Below, one piece after another: positions 37,388 through 48,623 of a stretch of 64,000 bases of DNA (positions are counted from its first letter, which is position 1; each line of letters starts with the position of its first letter). The DNA is taken from the NCBI GenBank assembly GCA_038087875.1, contig JAXLNO010000485.1, forward strand, positions 1-64,000, given 5' to 3'. Below the pieces are notes generated by a model. The model was not told the DNA's origin. It saw only the letters and a list, made by a program, of their open reading frames with translations, and made no database searches. A program made the position numbers and the translations under genes. The stretch is from Malacoraja senta (Eukaryota).

Positions 37388-39544
37388 GTTAGTTCATTCA
37401 TTTCAATACATTTGGAGTGTGATCAATGTTCATAAAAAAACATCTCAAAGAAATTTCTCGCTGTGCCAGAGACCCAAGTTTGATCCTGACTACACGTTCT
37501 CCCTGTGAACACAGATATTTCCTCCAGGTGCTCCGGTTTCATCCCATATCTTGAAAATGTGAGAGTTTGTAGGTTAATTGGGCTCTGTAAATTACTCTTG
37601 TGTGCTGAGAATGGGTGAGGAAAGTGGGATTACATAGATGTGTAGGAAGGAACTGAAAATGCTGGTTTACAGCAAAGATAGGCACAATGTGCTGGAGTAA
37701 CTCAGCGGGACAGGCAGCATCTCTGGATACAAGGAATGGATGACTTTTCAGGTCAAGACCCTTCCTCAGACAGAGTGTTACCCTGACTTACTCCAGCATT
37801 TTGTGTCCATTTTGGGATAACATAGAACTAGTGTGAAAGATGATCGATGGTTGGCATGGAATTGGTGGGCAGAATGGCCCATTTCCATGCTGAGTCACTA
37901 ACCTAAGAACTGCAGATGCTGCAAATGTGAAATAAAAACCAAAAATGCCATTGTCTGATGGCTTCATCGTCAGTTTATCACCATGGAAACCTGTAATTAC
38001 CTTATCAGTGATACTCCCTATGTCCAACCATGCCTCCCACTCCTGTCTGTAACTTACACATTCTCACAATTCTGAAGCATTAATTTTGTATCTCTTTCCA
38101 TAGGTTCCATAGGTAACCAACATTTCAATGATTTGCAAAATGCTGTGCTTCCAGCATTTTACAAATCATTGAAATGTTGGTGGCTTTTTGAATGGTTAAA
38201 ATCCCTTGCGTACCTCACCAATTGTTTTTACCTTTATTGACAAATTTTGAATGAAAAGTTGTGTGAAATATTTAAAGGATAACCTAAATGTCATTGTGAT
38301 TCAACCGTAGTGTTGCTGCCGTAGTGCCAGAGACCCATGGTTGATCCTGGCCTCAGGTGCTGTCTGTACAGAGTTTGTACGTACTCCCCGTGACCTGCGT
38401 GGGCTTTCCCCGGGTGCCCCGGTTTCCTCCCACACTCCAAGCCTGTATGCCAAAGGGGATCACTGGTCACTGTGGACTCTAAGGGCTGTTTTCATGCTAT
38501 ATCTCTAAATTATCTTGGGCACCAATTGTAAAGTAAGCTGTCCAAATCTGTCTGCACCACACTTGTACATCCATATAATTTGCAATTGGACATGTTTTAT
38601 ATTGTAAATCAATAAGTCCTATCACCATTACTGTGTTAATTCAATGACATTCGTAGTGTACCATTGAACAAAGCAGGACCAGGCGTGGGGGGACCATCGT
38701 GAGGTGGTGGGGGGGGGGGACAAAGGAGGACCTGGTGTGGGAGACTTTATAACTTTGTCGGTGCCCTTTATGTGAAGAATCTTGACATACGTTGGGTTTA
38801 CAAAACAAAGAATTTCACTGTGACTTGTCACATGTCACTATAAAGTATCATTCATTCATGATTAATTATTTCTGAAAACATTGCTTTTTGTTACCTCTTC
38901 GGTTACACATTAAATTATATTATTAATCTTTAACTGGACTAAAACAGGGTGAGGGTACAAACAGGGAACTATACATCAAAATATTATGCACTGGGCATAA
39001 TTTCTATCAATTTTCCACGTCTTGCAATATTTATTATTATTTTCAAATTATATGTGAATACATGTGAATGACGTTTATTACATTATCATCTGATTCATTG
39101 AACCATGTTTATTGAATCATATTGCCTTCAAAAATAAGTTTTTTTATTTGCATTATTTATGGTGCACATATTAGCTGCAACATTGTTATGTTTATGAGAT
39201 TTATGAGCATATTGTCGGGGCTCAAGGGTGTGAACAAGAGGGAGAGATTGGGCAAGCCAGGGCTTTATTCCATGGAGCACAGGAGGCTGAGGGGTGATCA
39301 TATAGGGGTGCTTAAAATCATGAGGGGAATTGATAGAGTGTATGCCCAGAGCCTTTTACCCAGAGAAGGAGAATAAAATATCCAGAGGACATGGGTTTAA
39401 TGTGAGAGGGGAAAGATTTAATTGGAACTTGGGACAATCTTTGTGCTCAGAAAGTGGTCAGCATATGGAATGACCTGCCAGAGAATGGAGTTGCGGCAGG
39501 TACAATAACAATATTTAAAAGACACATGGACAGGGACATGCATA

Positions 39545-40020
39545 GGTAGATAAAAGTGCTGGAGAAACTCAGCGGTTGAGGCAGCATCTATGGAGCGAAG
39601 GAAATAGGCAACGTTTTGGGCCGAAAACCCTTCTTCAGACTGATGTGAGGGTGGGGGGGAGTGGGGTGGGGGGGGGGCAGGAAGAGGAAAGGAAAAGGTG
39701 GAGTCAGTGGGCTGAGGGAGAGCTGAGAAGGGGAGGAGAAAGTAGGGACTACCAGAAATTAGAGAAGTCAATGTTCATACCGCTGGGGTGTAAACTGCCC
39801 AAGCGAAATATGAGGTGCTGCTCCTCCAATTTACGGTGGTCCTCACTCTGGCCATGGAGGAGGCCGAGGGCAGAAAGGTCGGATTTGGAATGGGAGGGGG
39901 GAGTTGAAGTGCTGATCCACCGGGAGATCAGGTTGGTTGTTGCGAACCGAGCGGAGGCGTTCGGCGAAACGATCGCCAAGCCTGCGCTTGGTCTCACCGA
40001 TGTAGAGCAGCTGACATCTA
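39545..40020 (-). mobile_element. Penelope-like GIY-YIG 3' fragment plus terminal repeat, inserted in a CR1 tail
   Basis: SHSKSDLSALGLLHGQSEDHRKLEEQHLIFRLGSLHPSGMNIDFSNF; CR1 sequence on both sides (39200-39545 and 40040-40150). Confidence 0.85.
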
Positions 40021-40959
40021 GAGAGAAACGTTTTGAATGATGTCTACCCATTGCAGGGTAAATGGGACTAGCTTAAATGGGGTATCTTGATTAGCATGGA
40101 CAAGTTGGGCCAAAGGGCTTGTTTCTCTGCTGTGTGACTCTCTATAACTGCTTTATAGCAAAGAGCGCTGCTGCCTCACAGCTCCAGTGATCCGGGTTCA
40201 ATCATCTCCAGTGCAGTCTGTGTGGAGTATAAGCATTCTCCCTGTGACAATGTTTGTTCTCCAGTTTCCTCCCACATACCAAAATGTGCTGAATTAGTAG
40301 ATTAAGCCACCGCTGCAAATAGAGGTGGATTTGTGGCATTGATAGAAATGAGGAAGATCTGTTTTGGGGAAAATTAGTGTTGGAATGGTTTTGTTCTCTG
40401 GGCTAGAGTGGGCTCAGGAGGCTGAAAGGCCTCTTTCTCTGTCACATGGAATTATGGGCAATTACTTATCCTTGAATTGCCTTCTTTCTCATTTTAGTCA
40501 ACAATGTAAAATTGAAGTAATTGTCTGGATTGAACTATTTAACAATTGTAGATGAAAGGAAGACAGAGGCTGCTTTCCTCCACACACAAAGTGCTGAGTA
40601 ACTCAACGGGTCAAGCGGCATCTTTGGAGAACATGGGAAGGCAGATATTTCGGGTGAGGATCCTACTTCAAACTGAAGTTGGGTCACGTTAGAACATGCT
40701 TTGTACTCACACTCGCAGTCCAGTGTTAGTTTTCAAGGATTTTTTGTTATTCACAGCTTGTAGTTGTTACATATTCAGCAGAGAGAAGACGAGACAAACT
40801 AAAGCACCTGCAAAACGCAACTAAAAGACCGCAGAAAGAAGCTTGAAAAGAAGGCTCTTATCTAAACAACGTACTTTCAAGAGAGAGTTAGATTTAGCTC
40901 TTAAGGTTAAAGGAATCAAGGGATATGGGGGAAAAGATTAGTTAAAACAAGTGTAGGTC

Positions 40960-43246
40960 CCTTGCAGTCAGAAACAGGTGGATTGATCATGGGGAACAAG
41001 GACATGGCAGACCAATTCAATAACTACTTTGGTTCTGTCTTCACTAAGGAAGACTTAAATTATCTGCCGGAAATAGCAGGGGACCGGGGGGCAAATGAGT
41101 TGGAGGAACTGAGTGAAATCCAGGTTAGCCGGGAAGTGGTGTTAGGTAAATCGAATGGATTAAAGGCCGATAAATCCCCAGGGCCAGATAGGCTGCATCC
41201 CAGAGTACATAAGGAAGTAGCCACAGAAATAGTGGATGCATTAGTGATTATTTTTCAAAACTCTTTAGATTCTGGAGTAGTTCCTGAGGATGAACCAGAC
41301 TGATTCCTGGGATGTCAGGACTGTCTTATGAAGAAAGACTGGATAGACTTGGTTTATACTCTCTAGAATTTAGGAGATTGAGAGGGGATCTTATAGAAAC
41401 TTACAAAATTCTTAAGGGGTTGGACAGGCTAGATGCAGGAAGATTGCTCCCGATGTTGGGGAAGTCCAGGACAAGGGCTCACAGCTTAAGGATAAGGGGG
41501 AAATCCTTTAAAACCGAGATGAGAAGAACTTTTTTCACACAGAGAGTGGTGAATCTCTGGAACTCTCTGCCACAGAGGGTAGTCGAGGCCAGTTCATTGG
41601 CTATATTTAAGAGGGAGTTAGATGTGGCCCTTGTGGCTAAAGGGATCAGAGGGTATGGAGAGAAGGCAGGTACAGGATACTGAGTTGGATGATCAGCCAT
41701 GATCATATTGAATGGCGTTGCAGGCTCGAAGGGCCGAATGGCCTACTCCTGCACCTAATTTCTATGTTTCTATGTTTCTATGATTGGAGGGTAGCTAATG
41801 TAACCCCACTTTTTAAAAAGGGAGGGAGAGAAAAAACGGGGAATTACAGACCAGTTAGTCTAACATCGGTAGTGGGGAAACTGCTAGATTCAGTTATTAA
41901 AGTTGGGATAGCAGCACATTTGGAAAGCGGTGAAATCATTGGACAAAGTCAGCATGGATTTATGAAAGGTAAATCATGTCTGACGAATCTTATAGAATTT
42001 TTCGAGGATGTAACTAGTAGAGTGGATAAGGGAGAACCAGTGGATGTGTTATATCTGGACTTTCAGAAGGCTTTCGACAAGGTCCCACATAAGAGATTAG
42101 TATACAAACTTAAAGCACATGGTATTGGGGGTTCAGTATTGATGTGGATAGTGAACTGGCTGGCAGACAGGAAGCAAAGAGTAGGAGTAAACGGGTCCTT
42201 TTCAGAATGGCAGGCAGTGACTAGTGGGGTACCGCAAGGCTCAGTGCTGGGACCCCAGCTATTTACAATATATATTAATGATTTGGACGAGGGAATTGAA
42301 TGCAACATCTCCAAGTTTGCCGATGACACGAAGCTGGGGGGCAGTGTTAGCTGTGAGGAGGGTGCTAGGAGGCTGCAAGGTGACTTGGATAGGCTGGGTG
42401 AGTGGGCAAATGCATGGCAGGTGCAGTATAATGTGGATAAATGTGTGGTTATCCACTTTGGTGGCAAAAACAGGAAAGACTATTACCTCAATGGTGGCCG
42501 ATTAGGAAAAGGGGAGATGCAACGAGACCTGGGTGTCATAGTACACCAGTCATTGAAAGTAGGCATGCAGGTGCAGCAGGCAGTGAAGAAAGTGAATGGT
42601 ATGTTAGCATTCATAGCAAAAGGATTTTAGTATAGGAGCAGGGAGGTTCTACTGCAGTTGTTCATGGTCTTGGTGAGACCACACCTGGAGTATTGCCTAC
42701 AGTTTTGGTCTCCTAATCTGAGGAAGGACATTCTTGCCATAGAGTGAGTAAGAGAAGGTTCACCAGACTGATTCCTGGGATGTCAGGAATTTCATATGAA
42801 GAAAGACTGGATAGACTCGGCTTGTACTCGCTAGAATTTAGAAGATTGAGGGGGGGGATCTTATAGAAACTTACAAAATTCTTAAGGTGTTGATCAGGCT
42901 AGATGCAGGGAGATTGTTCCCGATGTTGGGGAAGTCCAGAGCAAGGGGTCACAGTTTAAGGATAAAGGGGAAATCTTTTAGGACTGAGATGAGAAAACCT
43001 TTTTTTACACAGAGAGTGGTGAATCTCTGGAATTCTCTGCCACAGAATGTAGTTGAGGCCCGTTCATTGGCTATATTTAAGAGGGAGTTAGATGTGGCCC
43101 TTGTGGCTAAAGGGATCAGGGGGTATGGAGAGAAGGCAGGTACAGGATACTGAGTTGGATGATCAGCCATGATCATATTGAATGGCAGTGCAGGCTCAAA
43201 TGGCCGAATGGCCTACTCCTGTGCCTATTTTTCTATGTTTCTATAA
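40960..43246 (+). mobile_element. CR1 LINE (RT, 5'-truncated) with a nested same-family 3' fragment at 41293-41782
   Basis: ORF 41689-42630: NYRPVSL, QHGF, YLDFQKAFDKV, SGVPQGSVLGP, FADD. (TTTCTATG)n tails at about 41760-41782 and 43232-43246. Confidence 0.95.
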
Positions 43247-43858
43247 TTAGTATACAAATTAGCTATTTGTGGTGTTTCTTGAAAACACGAATACGAGAGA
43301 ATGTACAGGATCTGCAGAACAACTAAAAGACTGCAGAAAGCAGCTTGAAAAGAAGGCTCTTCATCTATACAACATAATTATGTTTTATTCAGCTATCATT
43401 GTTTGTAGAGTTTCTTATTGGAATGAAAACATCATCCAAGTTGTGACCCTTCCTTATTACGCCTGGTCCCAGGGGCATGGTTGGCATTAGCTCATTACCT
43501 TCATCCTAATAAAGGGTTGTTGTTCACAGTTGTGCCTAGGTTTTTATCAATTATAACCTTGATTTCACAAACTGTTCTTTGTCTCTGGGCTAAAGTTCAC
43601 AGACTCTCCTTTGCAAGGAGTGAGCAGTTTTAAGCAAACTGACCAGCAAATCCTTACAAATTCCATCAACCCCCCCCCCCCTCCCCGACTTTGATTCATC
43701 AATCAATGCCAGAGGGAATGAATCATCTAAGTAAAGGGACCTGTCCCACTTACGTGTCCTTGAAACGCATATTACGCGTTGAGCCACGATGGTCCGGCGA
43801 AGGTCGGGCGCGATTACATGCGTACGTACAGCCGTCTGGAGCGCGTGACGTTATTTGA
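43068..43858 (+). repeat. Segment B copy 1 (791 bp direct repeat)
   Basis: Nearly identical to 47833-48623 and 52594-53383; contains a CR1 tail end, a unique segment and the left TIR of a MITE. Confidence 0.95.
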
Positions 43859-46800
43859 TATAAATTTTTATTAGAAGCAAACATATTACAGTGTAGAGTA
43901 ACATATTATAATAGAATAGAAAAAAAAAAATTTCATATACATCAATCATTCATACGTTATTAAATTTGTCAATTGTCAGTTAATTCTGCTTCTAGTGTTT
44001 TTTTTAATATAGATAGAAAAAGAAAAATAGAGAGAAAGAAGAGAAAGAAAGAAGAATTTCAATATCAAAAAAGAAAAATAGGTGGAATGAATTAGTTATA
44101 ATACGTCATAGGAGATAAGTTCGTATGTTATGAAATATAATTACATCTAATCCTGAGTTCAAGCTTCAGTCGGGCTTTCGCGCTGGGCCACTCTGTCCCT
44201 TCAAATAGGCAATGAATGGAGCCCATATTTTAACAAAAAGTTCTTGCTTGTCCATTAAGACGAGTCTAATTCTTTCTAGATGTAGGGTCTCCGACATTTC
44301 CACAATCCACATTTTAATTGTGGGGGTTGTAGGGCCTTTCCAGAATTTTAATATTAATTTTTTCCCTGTTATTATACTGTAGTCAAGGAAGTTTCTTTGG
44401 CTTGTTGTGAGTGTTAAACTTTGTTCTGATATCCCAAGTATTATTAATTTTGAGTCTGGAGCTATTTTGGTATTAACAACTTCAGAGATTATTTGAAAAA
44501 TATCAGTCCAGTAATTTTTAATTTTTATACAATTTGCAAAGGTATGTGTTAAATTGGCCTCTAGATACAGGCATTTATCACATATAGGAGAAATATGTGG
44601 GAAAATTCTATTTAGTTTTATTTTGGAATAATGTAATCTGTGTAAGACTTTAAATTGTATTAAAGCATGTCTGGCATTTAACGAACATTGATGTATATGT
44701 TGTAAACTTTCGTCCCATATATCTTTCGTAATAGGATAACCTAACTCATTTTCCCATTTATGTCTATATAGTTCTATCGGTGGTTCCTCATTATTTAAGA
44801 GAATGTTATAAATATAAGCTATTAATTTTTCAGTGTTAGGATGCTTATTCAAACATTCATCAAGAATTTCTGGTTCCCTAGTCCTATAAACTTGTGTATT
44901 GGATTTAACATAATCTCTAATTTGTAAATATCTGAAAAAGTTATTTGAGTGTAGTCCATGATTCTGTTGTAACTCTTGAAATGACAGAAAGATGCCTTCC
45001 CTATAAAGATGTCCAATCCTTTTAATTCCATGATTTTTCCATTGTATAAAACCTCTATCCAATATGGATGGCTTGAATAGAGGATTATTTACAATGGGAA
45101 GACATAGTGGTATATTATTCAGTTTTAAAGCCTTTTTTAATTGTTTCCAAATTCGTATTCCACTATGTATTATAGGGTTTTCCTTATAGGTTTTTTTATG
45201 CAATTTTGTGGTAGCAAATATAATCGAACCTATTTCAAAAGGTAAACAGTCTTCCTTTTCCATCCTTAACCATTCTGGTTGTTGGTCCATTTCTTCCAGC
45301 CAGAAATTCATGTTTTTAATATGGACTGCCCAAAAATAAAATAAGAAATTTGGCAAAGCCAAACCTCCGTTGCTCTTTGACTTACATAAATGTTTTTTAC
45401 TTATTCTATGATTCTTATAATCCCAAATAAAGCTTGTAACAATGGAGTCAACTTTTTTGAAAAAGTTTTTGGGAATATATATCGGAATTAATTGAAATAA
45501 ATATAGTAGTTGCGGTAAGAAAATCATTTTTATAGCATTAATTCTACCAAGCATTGAAATAGGAAGTGTTTTCCAGTACTGAATATGTTTGTGTAATTTA
45601 TTAAGTAAGGGTGGAAAATTTTGTTTAAATAAAGAGGTATATGCCTTAGTTACATTGATTCCTAAATATTTAAGTTTATCTTTAACTATTTTAAAAGGGG
45701 ATTGTTGTATTGTATTTAAGTTGAATTTTGTTATTGGCATAATTTCACTTTTATTCCAATTAATCCTATATCCTGAGAACTGACCAAATTGTGTTATTAG
45801 ATTTAACAGATTTGGAATACTAGTTTCTAACTTTGTAATATATATTAATACATCATCTGCATATAAGGAGATTTTATTCCTTGTATCTCTAGTGTTGTAT
45901 CCATGTATTCCTGGATGGTTTCTAACGCTTTCTGCTAATGGTTCAATTGCAAGAGCAAATAATAGTGGGGACAGTGAACATCCTTGTCTACAACCTCTAG
46001 AAAGATTAAATTTGGCTGATAACATTTGATTTGTTAATATTCTAGCTGTTGGATTAGAGTATAACAATTTAACCCATGTGCAGAACTTCTCTCCCAATTG
46101 AAATTTTTTCATTACCGAAAATAAATATGTCCATTCTACCTGGTCAAATGCCTTTTCAGCATCTAACGAAATAATTGCTAGATCTGCATTTGGAATTCTA
46201 TTTGTATGTATAATATTGAATAGTCTTCTCAAATTATAAAATGAGTATCGTTTTGGAATAAAACCTGTTTGGTCCGGGTGTATTAATTTATTAATCACTA
46301 AGCTCAATCTATGAGATAGGATTTTGGTTAATATTTTCTGATCAGTATTTAGGAGAGCTATTGCTCTATATGAACCTGGGTCTTCAAGATCCTTATCCGG
46401 TTTCGGTATAAGTATGATTGTAGATTCATTTAGAGTTTCTGGAAGTTTCTGTTGAGTATATGCTTGTTTGTAAAGTCTCTGTAGACGTGGAGAAATCAGA
46501 TCGTAAAATTTTTTATAAAATTCAGAGCTTAGACCATCAGGACCTGCGGCCTTTCCATTTTTTAAAGATCTAATTGACTCCTCGATGTCTTTTACCGTAA
46601 TTTCTACATCTAGTGATTCTCTCTCTTTCTGATCTAGACCTGTAAGATTACATTTCTGTAGAAATGTTTCCATTCCTACTGGTTGTTCTGTTGTTTTAGA
46701 TGAATACAATTTTTGATAATATTGTAAAAATCTATCATTAATATCTTTAGGTAGTGTTAATGTTTCTCCCTTATCTGATCTAATTTTGTAAATTGTTTTT

Positions 46801-47832
46801 TCCCCGTCCTGTTTACGAAGTTGACGCGCCAATATTTTTTGTGGTTTATCTCCAAATTCAAAATGTAATTGTTTTGTACGTTGATATAGTTTTATTACTT
46901 GGTCTGAGTATAACTTATTTAACTTATATTTCAGTACTGCAATTTTATTGTGTTTTACCATAGATGGTGCTATTGCATTTTCTATGTCTAATTGCTTTAT
47001 TTCCGTTTCCAAAGACTGTTGTTTGGCCCTATTCTCTTTATTAATAAATGATTGGGAGGATATTAATGCTCCTCGCACAAATACTTTAAATGTTTCCCAA
47101 AGAAGGAAGGCGGAGATTCCAGAGCTGTCATTAGCCTCGAAAAACATATTAATCTGTTTTACGAGGTATTCATTACATGACTTTTCTTTCAAAATTTGGG
47201 GGTTAAGTCTCCATTGTGTCTTTGTCTCGGTCATTCCTTTTAGTTTAATCATAAATGTAAGTGGAGCATGGTCCGATATTATAATATTATGATATTGCGA
47301 ATTATAGGTAAATGGGATAAGTTTAGAGTCTACTAAGAAATAGTCTATCCTTGAGTACGTTTGATGCACGGGTGAGTAAAATGAGTATTCTCGACCAGAT
47401 GGGTTTTCAATTCTCCAAACATCCTTAATGTTTGTAGTATTAATATATGAATTTAGGAATTCACTTGACCGAGATTTTAATTTTCTTTGACTTGATGATC
47501 TATCCAAGTAAGCATCCAGTGTACAATTTAAGTCTCCACCGATAATTAAATTATGTTGTGTACATTCCGGGATAATGTTAAGTATTCTCTTAAAGAACAG
47601 GGGGCTATCAAAATTTGGTCCATATACATTAAGGAGAGTCACTTTTTTTGAGTATAACTCCCCTACTAATACAATATATCTGCCTTCAATATCTTCTGTC
47701 GTTGATATATGTTTAAAGGGTATACCTTTACGAATTAATATTGCAACCCCTCTAGATTTATATGAAAATGAAGAATGATACGTTTTAGCAATCCATTTGG
47801 CTTTCAATCTATGTTGTGCTTCCTTTTTAAGA
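43859..47832 (-). mobile_element. L1-clade LINE copy 1, 5'-truncated, ORF2 frame open (44166-47807, 1213 codons)
   Basis: APE motifs GGDLNC, YSRIDYFL, SDHAP; RT motifs GPDG, LDAEKAFD, GCRQGC, YADD; C-terminal CX2CX8HX4C; AATAAA at the 3' end. Truncated at (QET)HLKK inside the endonuclease; no ORF1. Confidence 0.97.
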
Positions 47833-48623
47833 TGGCTATATTTAAGAGGGAGTTAGATGTGGCACTTGTGGCTAAAGGGATCAGGGGGTATGGAGAGAAG
47901 GCAGGTACAGGATACTGAGTTGGATGATCAGCCATGATCATATTGAATGGCAGTGCAGGCTCAAATGGCCGAATGGCCTACTCCTGTGCCTATTTTTCTA
48001 TGTTTCTATAATTAGTATACAAATTAGCTATTTGTGGTGTTTCTTGAAAACACGAATACGAGAGAATGTACAGGATCTGCAGAACAACTAAAAGACTGCA
48101 GAAAGCAGCTTGAAAAGAAGGCTCTTCATCTATACAACATAATTATGTTTTATTCAGCTATCATTGTTTGTAGAGTTTCTTATTGGAATGAAAACATCAT
48201 CCAAGTTGTGACCCTTCCTTATTACGCCTGGTCCCAGGGGCATGGTTGGCATTAGCTCATTACCTTCATCCTAATAAAGGGTTGTTGTTCACAGTTGTTC
48301 CTAGGTTTTTATCAATTATAACCTTGATTTCAGAAACTGTTCTTTGTCTCTGGGCTAAAGTTCACAGACTCTCCTTTTCAAGGAGTGAGCAGTTTTAAGC
48401 AAACTGACCAGCAAATCCTTACAAATTCCATCAACCCCCCCCCCCCTCCCCGACTTTGATTCATCAATCAATGCCAGAGGGAATGAATCATCTAAGTAAA
48501 GGGACCTGTCCCACTTACGTGTCCTTGGAACGCATATTACGCGTTGAGCCACGATGGTCCGGCGAAGGTCGGGCGCGATTACATGCGTACGTACAGCCGT
48601 CTGGAGCGCGTGACGTTATTTGA
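47833..48623 (+). repeat. Segment B copy 2
   Basis: Offset 4765 from copy 1. Confidence 0.95.

Noticed and set aside
43859-47832. Autonomous, retrotransposition-competent L1
   Set aside because: 5'-truncated inside the endonuclease, with no ORF1, 5'UTR or native start; the annotated M at 47807 is a TTG.
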